Shown here piece after piece: positions 62,503 to 64,000 of a stretch of 64,000 nt of DNA. Under the pieces are notes generated by a model. It made no database searches. It worked only from the letters and a program-made list of their open reading frames with translations, and was not told the DNA's origin. Numbering within the stretch: position 1 is the stretch's first letter; each line of letters starts with the position of its first letter. The DNA comes from an uncultured Armatimonadetes bacterium (GTDB taxonomy: Bacteria > Armatimonadota > Hebobacteria > Hebobacterales > Hebobacteraceae), in NCBI GenBank assembly GCA_963716175.1, contig OY970296.1:2336001-2400000 (forward strand), given 5' to 3'. The position numbers and the translations under genes were made by a program.

Positions 62503-62624
62503 CGGCTAGGTCCCTTGGACTACCGCCCCGGCCTGCGGCCGCGGGCCGAGGGGCAGGGCGAACCCCAGGCCCGCGGCGGCCGCGAGAGAACCTGCCCGCC
62601 CTGGGGCAGGCCCGGGAGCAGAGA

Positions 62625-63881
62625 GTGCCGGACGGTGATTCTGGCTTCCCCTACATGACGGAGGCGCCCACGCGGTGGCCGGTGGCGTTGCGTTCTCTCC
62701 GCCATCGGGATTTTCGCCGGTTCTGGATCGGGCTCATCATGTCCGTCATCGGCACCTGGATGCAGAACGCAGCCCAGGGCTGGTTGGTCTACCAGCTCAC
62801 CAAGTCCGCGCTCTACCTCGGGTTCGTCGGGGCCTGCGGCTCTGTGCCGATTCTACTCCTGTCGCTGCCTGCCGGGGTTATCGCCGACCGCTTCAGCAAG
62901 CATCGGATCGTCTTCATCACCCAATCGCTGGCCGCGCTTCAGGCCGGGGTGCTGGCGCTGCTGGTATACACCAATGTCGTCCAGGTCTGGCACGTGATGG
63001 TGATGGCCGGGCTGCTCGGGGTGGTCAACGCGTTTGACATGCCGGCGCGGCAATCCATGGTGATGGACCTGGTCGAGCGCAAGGACATCTTCAACGCCGT
63101 CGCGCTGAACTCGTCGGCGTTCAACTCCGGCCGCGTGATCGGGCCCTCGGTGGCAGGGGTGTTGCTGGCAGCGGCCGGGATGGCCGGCTGCTTCTTCATC
63201 AACGCGCTCTCGTTTCTTCCTCTCATCGTGATCCTGGCCACCATTACCCCGCGCCCGCCGCGCCCTCGGATGGAAGGTTCTATGCTGGACCACATCGGGG
63301 GCGGGGTGCAGTGGGTGCGAAGCGAGCCGGTGGCCATGGCGCTGCTGGCGCTGACGGGGCTCTCCAGCCTCTTCGCCATGCCATACGCCACTTTGATGCC
63401 GCTGTTCGCGCAGGGGGTCTTCCACACCGGCCCGCGCGGGTACGGGCTGCTGATGTCGGCGCCGGCGGTAGGCTCCCTGCTCGCGGCCGGGACCATGACC
63501 GTGATCGGGCATCGCTTCCGCATCGGCGCCATCACCGTGCTCGGGTCCTTCGTGTTCCCGGTGGCGCTGGTCCTGTTCTCGCGTGCGCCGAGCTACTCCG
63601 TGGCGCTGGCATTCCTAGTCCTCATCGGGCTGGGGATGATGTCGTTCAACACTACCTCGAACACCATCCTTCAGAAATCACCACCTGACGAGCTGAGGGG
63701 CCGGGTGATGGGCTTGCGCGCGTTCGTCTTCGCGGGCATGGCGCCGGCGGGCAACCTTCAGATCGGGGTCATGGCCCAGTGGCTGGGTCCGAGGTGGGCG
63801 GTGGCCATTGACGGGCTGGTCTGTCTGGTCGCGGCGGCCGTGGCCTGGTGGCGCGCGCCCGCCCTGCGAACCGCTGAATAG
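62625..63881 (+). CDS. MFS transporter (MFS_3-like)
   Basis: LRHRDFRRFW, GTWMQ, GVIADRF, PARQS, LRGRVM. Confidence 0.93.
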   Translation: MPDGDSGFPYMTEAPTRWPVALRSLRHRDFRRFWIGLIMSVIGTWMQNAAQGWLVYQLTKSALYLGFVGACGSVPILLLSLPAGVIADRFSKHRIVFITQSLAALQAGVLALLVYTNVVQVWHVMVMAGLLGVVNAFDMPARQSMVMDLVERKDIFNAVALNSSAFNSGRVIGPSVAGVLLAAAGMAGCFFINALSFLPLIVILATITPRPPRPRMEGSMLDHIGGGVQWVRSEPVAMALLALTGLSSLFAMPYATLMPLFAQGVFHTGPRGYGLLMSAPAVGSLLAAGTMTVIGHRFRIGAITVLGSFVFPVALVLFSRAPSYSVALAFLVLIGLGMMSFNTTSNTILQKSPPDELRGRVMGLRAFVFAGMAPAGNLQIGVMAQWLGPRWAVAIDGLVCLVAAAVAWWRAPALRTAE

Positions 63882-63911
63882 CAATCGCTCCGGCCGCAGC
63901 CATCCCTAGAA

Positions 63912-63950
63912 GCTGTTTCATAGCCTTGCCAAGGGAGGTTATGAAACAGC
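63912..63950. repeat. 15-bp stem inverted repeat (IS-end scar or terminator)
   Basis: GCTGTTTCATAGCCT...AGGTTATGAAACAGC, preceded by CTAG. Confidence 0.6.
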
Positions 63951-64000
63951 CCTGCACAACGTCAGGCCGTGGCAGGCGCATTTCGTGCGAGAGCGTGGTG

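Overview
GC-rich bacterial window. The host is probably a diderm anaerobe such as a member of Armatimonadota; this is inferred from an SLH-porin, an H-X9-DG protein and URO-D paralogs. Left to right: (1) 0.4-9.6 kb, minus strand: an arsenic/chromate resistance island abutting the 3' end of tRNA-Ala(GGC). It holds arsR, acr3, arsM, small Cys-rich ORFs, a phosphoesterase, three deletion-eroded genes, ccdA, a tsaA-like gene and three chromate transporters, plus a riboswitch-like leader in front of doxX-chrA. (2) Four tandem PilT/PilU ATPases, trxA-trxB and a polyol dehydrogenase. (3) An 11-subunit complex I operon (nuoABCDHIJKLMN, no EFG) with a long structured leader. (4) URO-D, GH29 fucosidase, and an operon of SLH-papain protease, MacAB-like transporter and two-component system with 11-bp-phased TCCAC boxes. 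(5) 45-49.5 kb: a decayed RHS polymorphic-toxin cassette array whose two C-termini share an apparently unnamed Cys-rich pre-toxin module, with MITE/REP insertions. (6) Housekeeping and sugar genes, then a porin-MoeB-lipoprotein-atypical ModA module. acr3, the first pilT and nuoN each carry a single-base frameshift, probably a sequencing error. All family assignments come from motif recognition by eye; no database search was run.
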